Positions 50,270-60,414 of a stretch of 64,000 bases of DNA are shown piece by piece. Source of the DNA: an uncultured bacterium (GTDB taxonomy: Bacteria > SAR324 > NAC60-12); assembly GCA_965662845.1 (NCBI GenBank), contig CBFIJD010000011.1, positions 10,002 through 74,001 on the forward strand. Direction: 5' to 3'. Each line of letters starts with the position of its first letter. Within the stretch, counting starts at the first letter, position 1. The notes beneath the pieces are model-generated. The model was not told the DNA's origin and did no database searches. It was given only the letters and a program-made list of their open reading frames with translations. Position numbers and translations under genes: made by a program.

Positions 50270-52708
50270 TCAGCGCGGTGCAGATTGCTCGATACCTAAC
50301 TTACGAGAGATTTGGCTGAGTGCGGGCAGCGCGATTTTGCGCACGTCTTCTTCCCTGCGTCCTACTGCGGCGGCGACTTTCTTCAGATTTCCTAGCTCAG
50401 CGAGCTTCAAAAGCACCTCTCGCGTTGGGCTTTGAAAGTGGCGCGCTTCCTCACGGACCAAGTCCCAAGTGAGCTTGTTGGGTTTCTCGCCATTGGTGGC
50501 AGGTTGTGACGGAGGAAGGGGCGCTTTAAGCTCGTTGTTGACAGGCGCCTGGGGTGCGGGTTCCGCCTTGGGTTCCGCTGGCGCAGGTTCAGGCTCGATG
50601 GGAGAGGGTTGGGTCAAAGACTCGGTTGGCACGTCGACAGGTTCAAAGGCGGTGGCCTCTGACGTGGCGTCAGCGCGCGCGCGGAGCACTTGCTTCGCGG
50701 TGCTCTCGGGGTCTTGCTCTAAGTGCGCTCGTTGTCCATCTGTCAAAGCTTGGTGCTGGATGTTCGCGAGAGATTTTGTGTTGAGCGTTTTGCCCCAGGG
50801 GCCCTCTTCTGGGTTCGCATTTTCCAGGGCATCCAGTGGGTTGATCTCCAAAAGGCGGCGATTTTCTTGCTGGAGCCACTCGTTTTGTTGCTGAAACTTG
50901 AGCAACATGTGGGTGTATCTCTCGGCAGTTTGACGAAGCTCATGCTCTTTGCTGTCCAGACGCTGCAGGGCGCTCCCTTCTCGTTCCTCAATTTTGTGAA
51001 GGTGCTGCTCCAGCAAATCCACTTTTGCCTTCAGCTTGCCTTCTTCAATGACCAAGTCATAGCGCTCTCGTTGAGCGGCTTCGAGGCGTTCTTTCAGGCG
51101 TTCAATTTCGTGCTCTAAGTCTGCTTCTCGTCGCACCAGCCGATCTTCTCGTTCTTGGCTGCGTTGCAACTGATCTTCTAGGGATTCGAGTTGTGCTTGC
51201 AGCTGTTGGACTGCCCGTTGATCTGAGTCAACGCCAAAGCTCATATCCTGCAGTTGGCTCTGCAACGAAGAGATTTCCTCGCGGAGGTGGTGCTCCAACT
51301 TCTTAGCTTGTTGCCGAACGGAGTGCATTTGCTGTCGTTCTTGTTCGTGCCTCTCGTTGCGAGACTGAATGGAGGCTTCGAGGGTGAGGATGCGCTTCTC
51401 AGAGTCTTGTAGCTGTTGTTTCAGGTCGTGCTCGCGGCGGCGCAGCTCACGAATTTCCATTTCTGCGGACTGGGAGCGCTGTCGTGTCTCTTCGAGGCGC
51501 TCTTGCTGTGTTTCGAAGCGCTGCTGCCAGTGTTGACACTCTTGTTCGAGCGCCAGACGTGTGGTGTCCAGCTCCTGCTGCGTTTGTCGGCTTGCTTCCA
51601 GCGACCGCTGCAGCGTCGCAACTTGCTGAGCGGCTTCAGAGTGTTGCTGTTGCCAGCGTTGCAGCTCATCTTGTAGGCCAGAGTGCGTCTGGTGTGTGCT
51701 TTGGTGTAAGGTTTGGGCGGCTTCGAGTTGCTGCTGTAATTCAGCGATGCGGACTTCGGCTTGTTGTTGGGCCTCGTTGGCAGAGATGAGGTCTTCGCAC
51801 AGGCGGTCAATCTCTTGGTTGAGCTCAGCCGTTTGTTGTTGAGTTTGTTGTTGCAAGCGATCCAGTTCCTTCTGCCATTGTGAGCGCTCTTCTTTGTGTT
51901 TTGCTGTTTGCTGGTCCCAGCGCTCGGCTCGAACGTTCCACTCGGCTTGCTCTTTTTGCCACTGTTCTTTCTCGGCTCGCCACTGCTTCTGATCTTGAGA
52001 GTGTTCTTCAAGTTGGCGGCGGAGTTCATTCTTGCGGAGCTGCAGCTTTTGCTGTTCGCTCTCCAGTTCTTGAATGTGCGCTTGCAAGGTCTCATTCTCT
52101 TGCCGCAACAGAGAGTCCTCCGCTGTTGTTTGTTGCTGTCGCGCCTGTTCGGCCTGTTGTTGCCAATGCGCGAGGGCCTGTTGCCATTCCCCTTCTTTTT
52201 GTTGCAGCTCTTGTCGCAGGCTGGCCTCTTTGTGCGCAAACTCTTGTCGGGTCTCCTGCAGTTGATGCCGCAGCATCTCCGCTTGGGTACGCAGTTCGGT
52301 TTCACGCGTCAGCGCCTCTTGCTTCTGCGCTTGTGCTTGTTTGAGGTCGTGTTGCAGGCGCAGCTCTCGCTCTTCCGCTTTTTGCAGTTGCGCCTCTGCT
52401 AACTCTAAACGGGCGCGCAGGGTCTCGTCGGAGTTGCTCGTGTTCGAACGGGTGCGTTTGGCCCCCGAGCGCTGCTGAAACATCAACAGGCCTTCCTTTT
52501 CCCACTGGCGCATCCAGCGTCGAATCGTGTCTTTGCTGTAGTTGCAATATCCTGTGAGCTGCTCTGCAGAGAGCTTTTGCTCCGCGCTCAGGCGAAGGAT
52601 GTGTGCTTGTTGTCTCTGTCTGTCAGGAGTTGCCTCGCCACGTTCCAGAATGTTGAGTTCGCCTAATTCTTCGATAGTGAGGGGCGGCAGGAATTTCTGA
52701 CGGTTCAT
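50270..52708 (-). CDS. HTH, long coiled coil, HTH protein (hypothetical)
   Basis: N-terminal IS630-like HTH (AHILRLS...SKDTIRRWMRQWEKEGL). ~500 aa Q/E/L/R heptad region, Pro-rich linker, C-terminal sigma-r4-like HTH. ORF is open to 52768. Confidence 0.8.
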   Translation of the reverse strand: MNRQKFLPPLTIEELGELNILERGEATPDRQRQQAHILRLSAEQKLSAEQLTGYCNYSKDTIRRWMRQWEKEGLLMFQQRSGAKRTRSNTSNSDETLRARLELAEAQLQKAEERELRLQHDLKQAQAQKQEALTRETELRTQAEMLRHQLQETRQEFAHKEASLRQELQQKEGEWQQALAHWQQQAEQARQQQTTAEDSLLRQENETLQAHIQELESEQQKLQLRKNELRRQLEEHSQDQKQWRAEKEQWQKEQAEWNVRAERWDQQTAKHKEERSQWQKELDRLQQQTQQQTAELNQEIDRLCEDLISANEAQQQAEVRIAELQQQLEAAQTLHQSTHQTHSGLQDELQRWQQQHSEAAQQVATLQRSLEASRQTQQELDTTRLALEQECQHWQQRFETQQERLEETRQRSQSAEMEIRELRRREHDLKQQLQDSEKRILTLEASIQSRNERHEQERQQMHSVRQQAKKLEHHLREEISSLQSQLQDMSFGVDSDQRAVQQLQAQLESLEDQLQRSQEREDRLVRREADLEHEIERLKERLEAAQRERYDLVIEEGKLKAKVDLLEQHLHKIEEREGSALQRLDSKEHELRQTAERYTHMLLKFQQQNEWLQQENRRLLEINPLDALENANPEEGPWGKTLNTKSLANIQHQALTDGQRAHLEQDPESTAKQVLRARADATSEATAFEPVDVPTESLTQPSPIEPEPAPAEPKAEPAPQAPVNNELKAPLPPSQPATNGEKPNKLTWDLVREEARHFQSPTREVLLKLAELGNLKKVAAAVGRREEDVRKIALPALSQISRKLGIEQSAPR

Positions 52709-52841
52709 GCGGTTCCGGTGGAGGTAAGGAGAACAAGCGTCGGCGAAGGAGCGACGGCCATGAGCCACAAAGGAATACAGGTCGTGCGCAAATGTGACAA
52801 GAATGAAAAATTAAGCCCTCGCTGTGAGGGCTCAGAGCGGG

Positions 52842-53603
52842 CTAGGCGGCTGCCACGAGAGGAGAGGTGGTGACGATCGCGTCCCAGAGTTTGATTCGCG
52901 CTTGCAGGGCTTCTCGGGCGGTTTCTTCGGCTTCTTGCCACTTTTGTTGGTCATCGCCACAGATGCTTTGCATCAAGCGTTGGGCGGCGGGGCCGTGTTT
53001 CTCTTCATCCAGATGAAGGTGTTCTTCTAAATAGAAGCGGAAAGTGCTCCAGCGCTCGGGTTGTTGGGAGTCTAGTTGCGCGACTAACCGTCGGAACATG
53101 TCAGGGATGATGTCTTCGCGCCCATAAAAGAACGCGGCTATCACGCGATGAAGAGAGCCTTCCTCAATAATCGCAAAGGTGGTGTGCAAGAACTCCTGAA
53201 TGTGTGATGGCAGGCTGGCCTTGGCCATTGCGAGGGAGAGCGCATCTCCGTCTTGAATGTGTTGCAACAAGTGTCGAATGGGCTGAGTTCCGACGCCGCT
53301 CTGTTCCATCGCGTCCAGATAGAGCTCAAAATGAGAGGCGTGGCCGCCGTCTGGATGTGGCCCACTCTCTTCGTCTAAGACAATTTCGTTGATCAAACGG
53401 CGCGCTTCACGGCTCGTCGTGGGGAGCCAAGGGGTGGTGACACAAGTCAGCTCACGCTGAAGGGCTTTGAGGAGCGATTGAAAATCCCAAACCGCAAAAA
53501 TATGCGAGGCCATGAAGTGGCGCAGTGCGGTCTCATTTTGCAGAGAGTGGTAAAGCTGGCGTTGCAGCAAGGCGTCGCGCAAGTCCTGAACATCGATGGT
53601 CAT
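52842..53603 (-). CDS. DUF3050 heme-oxygenase-like fold protein
   Basis: FMASHIFAVWDFQSLLKALQ, INEIVLDEES, SHFELYLDAM, GREDIIPDMF and HLHLD..HGP. Confidence 0.85.
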   Translation of the reverse strand: MTIDVQDLRDALLQRQLYHSLQNETALRHFMASHIFAVWDFQSLLKALQRELTCVTTPWLPTTSREARRLINEIVLDEESGPHPDGGHASHFELYLDAMEQSGVGTQPIRHLLQHIQDGDALSLAMAKASLPSHIQEFLHTTFAIIEEGSLHRVIAAFFYGREDIIPDMFRRLVAQLDSQQPERWSTFRFYLEEHLHLDEEKHGPAAQRLMQSICGDDQQKWQEAEETAREALQARIKLWDAIVTTSPLVAAA

Positions 53604-53874
53604 GAAAGAAGCTCCAGATGGGGAAAAATTGAAAAAAACAGATTCATTTTAGCGGCGAACCGAAACAGGGGACAAGAGTTTTGCTGGCGAGGATGGGCGC
53701 GCGTTGGGTACACAGGGGCAGAGCTGCGAGGCTAGACCGGCCACTTTTGTCGTCCTGAACCGAAATTTGTGTTGAGTCTTCTACGGACTCTGCTATTTTC
53801 TCGCTCTTTTTTCTGCTGGGTCAATCCCGCTCGCGCTCCCGCCTCACCGCTGACCAACCCCAACCACGCGAACT

Positions 53875-55335
53875 ATGCCGTTTGAAACGCCGTTGTCTGA
53901 ACTCGCTCAACAGATCAAAAGTGGAGCGATCACCGCAGCCTCTGTGATGGAAGCCGTTTATGCTCGCATTGAGGCACACAATGAAAAGCTGAACGCCTAC
54001 CGGCAGGTCTTGCCGCGAGAGGTGGCGATGAACAGAGCTGCAACCATCGATCAGCGCGTCGCCAACGGAGAGCAACTGGGCGCGCTGGCAGGGATTCCGC
54101 TTTCGATCAAAAGCAACCTCTGCGTTCATGATGAGCACTTGCAAACCACCTGCGCCTCAAAAATGTTGGAAGGCTTTCAAGCTCCGTACAACGCGACCGT
54201 TGTGCAGCGAACTTTGGACGCGGATGCGCTGATCATTGGCACCACAAACATGGACGAGTTTGCGATGGGCTCGTCGTCGGAGAATTCGGCCTATGGAGCG
54301 ACCTCGAACCCATGGGACGTCTCGAGAGTCTCTGGGGGCAGCAGTGGCGGGTCGGCGGTCACCGTCGCCACAGGCATGGCGCTCGCGTCTCTGGGCTCAG
54401 ACACAGGGGGGTCTGTGCGTCAGCCCGCTTCATTCTGTGGCGTTACGGGTTTCAAGCCGACGTACGGAGCGCTGTCACGTTACGGATTGGTGGCTTATGG
54501 CTCCTCGCTGGATCAGGTGGGGTGTCTCACGCGCACGGCGGCAGACGCTGAGTTCTTGTTCCAAGCTATCGAAGGCACGGACGATCATGACAGCACTTCG
54601 ATTCGTGAGCGGTTGCCCTCAGCTCCTTCAGACGTCGATCTGTCGGGGCTGACGTTGTGTTTGCCCTTTGAGTATATGGATGAAGAGACGGTGCAGCCGG
54701 ACGTGCTCCAGAGCGTACAGGAGATGGTGGATTGGCTGCAGCTGCAGGGAGCAACCGTCGAGCGGCGCTCTTTGGATTTTCTGCCTTTGTTGATTCCGAC
54801 TTATTATGTGCTGTCCTTCGCCGAGGCCAGCTCGAACCTTGGCCGCTTTGACGGGATCCGCTATGGACAGCGCCGGCTAGGTGAGGGGCTCGAAGGCTTG
54901 TATCGAGCAAGCCGTGAAGAGGGGTTTGGGCCAGAGGTCAAGCGACGCATCATGTTGGGAACCTTCGTGCTCAGCTCTGGATACTATGACGCCTATTATG
55001 GCAAAGCCACACAAGTCCGCGCGCAGATTGAGCAGCAAGTGAAGGCGCTCCTGCAAGAGTTTGACTATTTGATTGGGCCCGTGGCGCCGAGCCCGGCCTT
55101 TCCTCAAGGTGAAAAGAGCAACGACCCGCTCGCGATGTATTTGGAAGACATCTACAGTGTGTTGGCCAATCTGACACGAACTCCCGCGATTTCGATCCCC
55201 GCTCGCAACACACCAACGGGCTTGCCCGTCGGCTTTCAGCTGCTGGGGCGTCCACTCGAGGATCATCGGTTGCTGCGAGTTTGCACACAGATTCAACAAG
55301 GAACGACCTTTCACACCCAACGCCCCCCGCTCTAG
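53875..55335 (+). CDS. gatA: Asp/Glu-tRNA amidotransferase subunit A
   Basis: TNMDEFAMGSS, GGSSGGS, LGSDTGGSVRQPA, SSNLGRFDGIRYG and EVKRRIMLGT. Confidence 0.95.
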   Translation: MPFETPLSELAQQIKSGAITAASVMEAVYARIEAHNEKLNAYRQVLPREVAMNRAATIDQRVANGEQLGALAGIPLSIKSNLCVHDEHLQTTCASKMLEGFQAPYNATVVQRTLDADALIIGTTNMDEFAMGSSSENSAYGATSNPWDVSRVSGGSSGGSAVTVATGMALASLGSDTGGSVRQPASFCGVTGFKPTYGALSRYGLVAYGSSLDQVGCLTRTAADAEFLFQAIEGTDDHDSTSIRERLPSAPSDVDLSGLTLCLPFEYMDEETVQPDVLQSVQEMVDWLQLQGATVERRSLDFLPLLIPTYYVLSFAEASSNLGRFDGIRYGQRRLGEGLEGLYRASREEGFGPEVKRRIMLGTFVLSSGYYDAYYGKATQVRAQIEQQVKALLQEFDYLIGPVAPSPAFPQGEKSNDPLAMYLEDIYSVLANLTRTPAISIPARNTPTGLPVGFQLLGRPLEDHRLLRVCTQIQQGTTFHTQRPPL

Positions 55336-55423
55336 CGACTTTGGGTTCGTCGCGTCCTCCCCACTTGCCGACGAACCATGACCTCCGCACCCCTACTAAC
55401 GTCAACCCCACCCACAGAAGATC

Positions 55424-56692
55424 ATGCTGGACTTACGCTTAATTCGACAAGAGCCCGAACGCATTTCTGCCAACTGCCGTGATCGAGGCTTGCCCGATGT
55501 GGTCTCCCAACTCTTGGAGTGCGACGAACAAGCGCGTCAACTCAAAGGAGAGTTGGATGCTGTTCGGCAGCAGCGCAATGACATCAGTAAGCAAATGAAG
55601 GGGAAGCTCCCGCCGGAAGAGCGTGAGCCGCTCATTGCGGAATCCAAAGCGCTGCGCTCGAAGGAAGAGAAACTCAGTGAACAGCACCAAGCCCTAGAGC
55701 AGCAGCGCACAGACTTGCTGTCCCAGATCCCCAACGTCACGCACCCAGACGCGCCGGTCGGTGCAGATGAAGACAGCAACCGAGTGCTGCGTGAGGTGGG
55801 GACGATCCCAACATTTGATTTCGAGCCCAAAGATCACCTCACTTTGATGGAAGCTCTCGACTTGGTGGACTTTGAAGGGGGCGCCAAGGTGGCTGGGCAG
55901 AAATTCTATTACCTCAAAAATCAGGCGGTCTTTCTGGAATTGGCGCTGGCGCAATATGCGCTCCAGTTGCTTCAGAAAGAAGGGTTTACCGTGCACATGA
56001 CCCCTGACCTAGCGCGAGCCTCGGTGGTGCAAGGGACTGGCTTCAACCCTCGTGGAGAGTCAGCGCAAATTTATGCCATTGAGAACAGCGACTTATGTTT
56101 GATTGCCACAGCTGAGATCACGCTTGGGGGGCTCTTGAGCGATCAGATTCTCAGCGAAGCACAGCTGCCGTTGTTAATGGCAGGCTTCTCCCACTGCTTC
56201 CGTACCGAAGCTGGCGCGGCAGGTCGAGAATCTCGAGGGCTCTATCGTGTGCATCAATTCTCTAAAATTGAGATGTTTGTGTTCACGTTGCCGCAGGACT
56301 CAGACGCCATGCACGAGAAGTTGCTGGCGATTGAGGAGCAGATTTACCAAGACCTCGGCATCCCTTATCGAGTCGTGGACATTTGTACGGGAGACTTGGG
56401 CGCCCCTGCCTATCGCAAGTATGATTTAGAAGCTTGGATGCCGGGTCGCGGACAGTGGGGTGAGATTACTTCCACGTCCAACTGCGCAGACTATCAAGCG
56501 CGCCGCCTGAACATTCGCTACAAAGATGCTGAGAGCGGCAAAAATCAGTTTGTGCACATGCTCAATGGCACGGCCATCGCGGTCTCTCGCACATTGATTG
56601 CCCTCATGGAGCATGGACAGCAAGCCGATGGCTCCATCAAGCTGCCTGCTTGCTTGGGGCTACCAGACATCCCTGCCCGCAACGCCGCATGA
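55424..56692 (+). CDS. serS: serine--tRNA ligase
   Basis: N-terminal coiled-coil arm, LIATAE, CFRTEAG, GLYRVHQF and HMLNGT. Confidence 0.97.
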   Translation: MLDLRLIRQEPERISANCRDRGLPDVVSQLLECDEQARQLKGELDAVRQQRNDISKQMKGKLPPEEREPLIAESKALRSKEEKLSEQHQALEQQRTDLLSQIPNVTHPDAPVGADEDSNRVLREVGTIPTFDFEPKDHLTLMEALDLVDFEGGAKVAGQKFYYLKNQAVFLELALAQYALQLLQKEGFTVHMTPDLARASVVQGTGFNPRGESAQIYAIENSDLCLIATAEITLGGLLSDQILSEAQLPLLMAGFSHCFRTEAGAAGRESRGLYRVHQFSKIEMFVFTLPQDSDAMHEKLLAIEEQIYQDLGIPYRVVDICTGDLGAPAYRKYDLEAWMPGRGQWGEITSTSNCADYQARRLNIRYKDAESGKNQFVHMLNGTAIAVSRTLIALMEHGQQADGSIKLPACLGLPDIPARNAA

Positions 56693-57873
56693 AAGCAGAA
56701 CGTGTCCTTCGCTCGATCAGCGGCTTCCGCTGGGGAGGAATCAAGATCGGATTAAAAGACGAGACGTTAGATTTTGGTTGTCTCTCCGCAGACCGCGTCT
56801 GTCGCGCTGCAGCTGTTTTTACCCGCAATAATTTTCCTGGGGCTCCGATCGTGGTCGGGCGGGAGCACATCGCCAACGGTCGCTTGCAGGCCATTGTGGT
56901 GAATTCCAAAAACGCCAATGTCGCGACAGGCCTGCAAGGCATTGAGGCTGCGCGAAACATGGCCCGTTGGATGGGCGAAAGCCTGAACGTGCGCGCCGAA
57001 GACGTGCTCCCGTCTTCGACCGGTGTGATTGGGAGACCTCTGGACACGAAAAAAATCCAAGAGGGGTGCCGACAGATCGTCCCGCAAATGGGAGAAGACG
57101 CTGCGCACATTGAAGCGTTTGCTCGCGCGATCATGACGACAGACCATCACCCGAAGTGGGCTTCTCTCCAAGTTGGAGACGCGACGCTCATGGGAGTCGC
57201 GAAAGGCGCCGGGATGGTGGAGCCCAACATGGCGACGATGCTTGCCTATATCGTGACGGACGCTGCGGTTCCTGCGGAGCGCTTGCCGTCTCTGCTGCGG
57301 GAGGCAGTAGACGCGAGCTTCAATCGCATCTCAATTGACACAGATACTTCTACCAGTGACACCGCGGTCGTGTTGGCAAATGGCGAAAAAAACGTAGACG
57401 AACAGCAATTTTCCGAGGCTCTGCAAGCGGTTTGTTTAGACCTCGCTCAACAGATCGTCCGCGATGGGGAAGGCGCCACCAAACTCATCGAACTCACGAT
57501 CTCAGGAGCGCCCAACCGAGAAGTCGCGCTGAAGTTTGGGAAAGCTGTCATCAACTCTCCGCTCGTCAAGACGGCGATCTATGGCGCCGATCCGAACTGG
57601 GGACGCCTAGTGATGGCGGTTGGGAAGGTGTTTGAGCATCCCGTGCAATTGGCTGATCTCAAAATTTGGTTTGGCAGTGATGCAGAGGGGAGGCTTTGTA
57701 TGGACACGTCATCGGCCAACGATGCGTCGCTCCTTGAGCCGCTGCGTGAACGGTTGCGCAGAGAGCATGTGTTTCTGGAAATTAGCGTGGGGGCTGGCCC
57801 AGCGAGAGAGACCGTCTGGGGGTGTGATCTGTCAGAAGGATACATCGTTGAGAATGCATACTATACAACTTGA
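56689..57873 (+). CDS. argJ: ornithine acetyltransferase / N-acetylglutamate synthase
   Basis: NSKNAN, STGVIG, AIMTTD, KGAGMVEPNMATML, DGEGATK and DPNWGR. Confidence 0.96.
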   Translation: MKAERVLRSISGFRWGGIKIGLKDETLDFGCLSADRVCRAAAVFTRNNFPGAPIVVGREHIANGRLQAIVVNSKNANVATGLQGIEAARNMARWMGESLNVRAEDVLPSSTGVIGRPLDTKKIQEGCRQIVPQMGEDAAHIEAFARAIMTTDHHPKWASLQVGDATLMGVAKGAGMVEPNMATMLAYIVTDAAVPAERLPSLLREAVDASFNRISIDTDTSTSDTAVVLANGEKNVDEQQFSEALQAVCLDLAQQIVRDGEGATKLIELTISGAPNREVALKFGKAVINSPLVKTAIYGADPNWGRLVMAVGKVFEHPVQLADLKIWFGSDAEGRLCMDTSSANDASLLEPLRERLRREHVFLEISVGAGPARETVWGCDLSEGYIVENAYYTT

Positions 57874-57879
57874 GGGAGA

Positions 57880-58806
57880 ATGAAGCGAGATTTGATTTCG
57901 TTGTTGGATTTTAGTGGGGATGAGCTGCGCGAGTGTCTGCGACTGGCGAAGGAGATGAAAGCGCAGACGAAAGCTGGGGAGTGCCCAAAGCCGCTTGCGG
58001 GCAAAAGCTACGCGCTGATTTTTCACAAGAACTCATTGAGGACGCGCGTCTCTTTTGAAGTGGGCATCAATCAGTTGGGTGGCCACAGCATGTTCCTCAC
58101 CGAGCAAGATTTCAAGATGGGGGAGCGAGAGTCGATCGCGGATGTGGCAAAGGTCATGTCTCGCTATGTGGATGGGATTTTGATTCGCACCTTTGATCAC
58201 GCTGCAGTCCGTGAATTGGCGGAGCATGCTACGGTCCCCGTGGTCAACATGCTGACCGATTTTTGCCATCCCTGCCAAATCGTCGCGGACGCACTCACGA
58301 TACAAGAATGTTTGGGTTCTGTCGAACAGGCGAGGGTGTGCTATCTGGGCGACGGGAACAACATCGCGCACAGTTGGATGAGCCTCGCAGCACGTCTTCC
58401 GTTGCAATTAACCATTGGAACATCAGAGAAAACCTTGCCAGACGCGGAGCTACTGCAGTATGCTCGGAATTCGGGTCTTTCTTCTGTAGAGGTCGTTCAC
58501 TCGGCAACAGAAGCCGTGCGAGGCGTGCAGATTGTGTATACAGACGTCTGGGCTAGCATGGGAGAAAAAGACAAAGCCGAAGAGCGGCAGCGGCTGCTGC
58601 GAGACTTTCAGATAAACGAAGCGCTGCTACAGCATGCTGATCCGTCTGTGAAGGTCATGCACTGCTTGCCGGCGGATCGGGGGCGAGAGATCACCTCCGA
58701 TGTACTTGATGGTCCCCGATCGATTGTGTTGGATCAGGCCGAGAACCGCTTGCACGCCCAGAAAGCGATCTTAGCGATGCTAGATCGTTGGCACCACACC
58801 CCGTGA
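57880..58806 (+). CDS. argF: ornithine carbamoyltransferase
   Basis: SLRTRVSF, HPCQ, GDGNN, TDVWASMG, HCLPA and AENRLH. Confidence 0.95.
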   Translation: MKRDLISLLDFSGDELRECLRLAKEMKAQTKAGECPKPLAGKSYALIFHKNSLRTRVSFEVGINQLGGHSMFLTEQDFKMGERESIADVAKVMSRYVDGILIRTFDHAAVRELAEHATVPVVNMLTDFCHPCQIVADALTIQECLGSVEQARVCYLGDGNNIAHSWMSLAARLPLQLTIGTSEKTLPDAELLQYARNSGLSSVEVVHSATEAVRGVQIVYTDVWASMGEKDKAEERQRLLRDFQINEALLQHADPSVKVMHCLPADRGREITSDVLDGPRSIVLDQAENRLHAQKAILAMLDRWHHTP

Positions 58807-58856
58807 ACCGCTGAATTCCCGATTCAGTCGCTTATCAACACCCATCTGAGTACACC

Positions 58857-60149
58857 ATGTCTGACAAAGCGATCCTGCATTTACCCGGCCGAGAAGAACC
58901 CATTGAACTCCCTGTGTTAGTGGGAACGGAAAACGAGCATGCGATCGACATCTCTAAGCTGCGTGCGCAAAGTGGCTACATCACGATTGATCCCGGTTTT
59001 GTCAACACGGGGTCTTGCACGAGCGCAATTACGTATTTGGACGGTGAAAACGGGATCCTCCGCTATCGTGGATACTCCATTGAAGAACTTGCCGAAAACG
59101 CCACTTTTGTAGAGGTGGCGTATCTGTTGATTCATGGCAACCTGCCGAATCAAGACCAATTGAATGAGTTCTCTGGACGCCTGTCACGCCACTCGATGAT
59201 TCACGAAGACATGAAGCATTTTTATGACGGCTTCTCGAGTAACGCGCACCCAATGGTCTCGCTGTCGGCTATGGTCGCATCGCTGTCAGCATATTACTCG
59301 GAGGCGTCGGGTCGTGCGTCTGTCAAGAACCTAGACATCAATGCCGCACGCATCATGGCCAAAGTTCGCACCATCGCGGCGTTCTCCTATAAGAAGTCCA
59401 TTGGTCAACCGTTCGTCTATCCGCTGGATAAGCTGCCGTACTGCTCGAACTTCTTAAACATGATGTTCTCCGTTCCAGCGCAGGATTATGAAGTTGACGA
59501 AGACATTGTGAAAACCTTGGACTTGTTGCTGATTCTGCATGCAGACCACGAGCAGAACTGTAGCGCTTCGACCGTCAGAGTCGTCGGGTCTAGTCAAGCA
59601 AATGTCTACGCCTCTGTCGCTTCGGGGATTTTGGCGCTGTGGGGCCCTCTTCACGGCGGAGCTAATCAGCAAGTCATTGAAATGCTACGTCAAATTGAAG
59701 AAGACGGCGGCAATGTTGAGAAGTTTATCGAGAAGGCAAAAGACCCAAATGATGACTTCCGGCTGATGGGATTTGGACACCGCGTCTATAAAAACTACGA
59801 CCCGCGCGCGCGCATAATCAAAAAGTATTGCGACAAAGTGCTCGCAAAGGTCGGCCAACAAGACAAGATGCTCGACGTCGCCAAAAAATTGGAAGAGTAC
59901 GCGCTCGCCGACGACTACTTTGTTTCGCGCAAACTCTATCCAAACGTGGATTTCTACAGCGGAATCATCTACCGCGCGATTGGAATCCCAGTCAACATGT
60001 TCACCGTCATGTTTGCGCTGGGTCGCATCCCCGGCTGGATCGCCCAGTGGAAAGAAATGCATGAAGACCCACAGACGCGTATCGCCCGCCCCCGACAAAT
60101 CTATGTGGGGGAAACGGCGCGTCAATACACCCCGATCAACCAACGCTAA
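58857..60149 (+). CDS. gltA: citrate synthase (type II)
   Basis: LHADHEQN, GPLHGGAN, GFGHRVYK and LYPNVDFYSG. Confidence 0.97.
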   Translation: MSDKAILHLPGREEPIELPVLVGTENEHAIDISKLRAQSGYITIDPGFVNTGSCTSAITYLDGENGILRYRGYSIEELAENATFVEVAYLLIHGNLPNQDQLNEFSGRLSRHSMIHEDMKHFYDGFSSNAHPMVSLSAMVASLSAYYSEASGRASVKNLDINAARIMAKVRTIAAFSYKKSIGQPFVYPLDKLPYCSNFLNMMFSVPAQDYEVDEDIVKTLDLLLILHADHEQNCSASTVRVVGSSQANVYASVASGILALWGPLHGGANQQVIEMLRQIEEDGGNVEKFIEKAKDPNDDFRLMGFGHRVYKNYDPRARIIKKYCDKVLAKVGQQDKMLDVAKKLEEYALADDYFVSRKLYPNVDFYSGIIYRAIGIPVNMFTVMFALGRIPGWIAQWKEMHEDPQTRIARPRQIYVGETARQYTPINQR

Positions 60150-60155
60150 TGGATC

Positions 60156-60191
60156 GCGGGCAAAGAAACTTTTGGCTCTTTGCTCGCTTCC
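60156..60191 (+). terminator. putative hairpin/terminator after gltA
   Basis: GCGGGCAAAGA ... TCTTTGCTCGC stem just after the stop. Weak U tract. Confidence 0.4.
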
Positions 60192-60255
60192 GCTTGCATT
60201 GAAAGCGCTCTTCGCTGTATAAGAAGAGTTTTTGCAAAATTCTGAAGGAGAACCG

Positions 60256-60414
60256 ATGTCCCCGAAAAAACGCACCAAGATCATCCGCAAAAACAAAAAA
60301 GTCCCCAACAAAGCCAACTTGAAGAAGAACGAGAAGCGCATTAAAGAGAACATTCGTGTTCTTCAATCCCTCGCTGAAACTGCGAAGCCCGCCGAAGACG
60401 CACCTTCCGAGTGA
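60256..60414 (+). CDS. small Lys-rich basic protein (52 aa)
   Basis: AAGGAG SD. MSPKKRTKIIRKNKKVPNKANLKKNEKRIKENIRVLQSLAE... Upstream TTGCAT-18-TATAAG. GTGA overlap with xth. Confidence 0.7.
   Translation: MSPKKRTKIIRKNKKVPNKANLKKNEKRIKENIRVLQSLAETAKPAEDAPSE

Noticed and set aside
51421-52305. 294-aa alternative-frame ORF and the antisense ORFs over the coiled-coil gene
   Set aside because: By-product of the biased Q/E/L/R codon usage of the main ORF. No protein-like features.
52450-52708. IS630 transposase or mobile element
   Set aside because: Only the HTH-like part is present, fused in frame to a coiled coil. No DDE catalytic domain, terminal inverted repeats or TA duplication seen.
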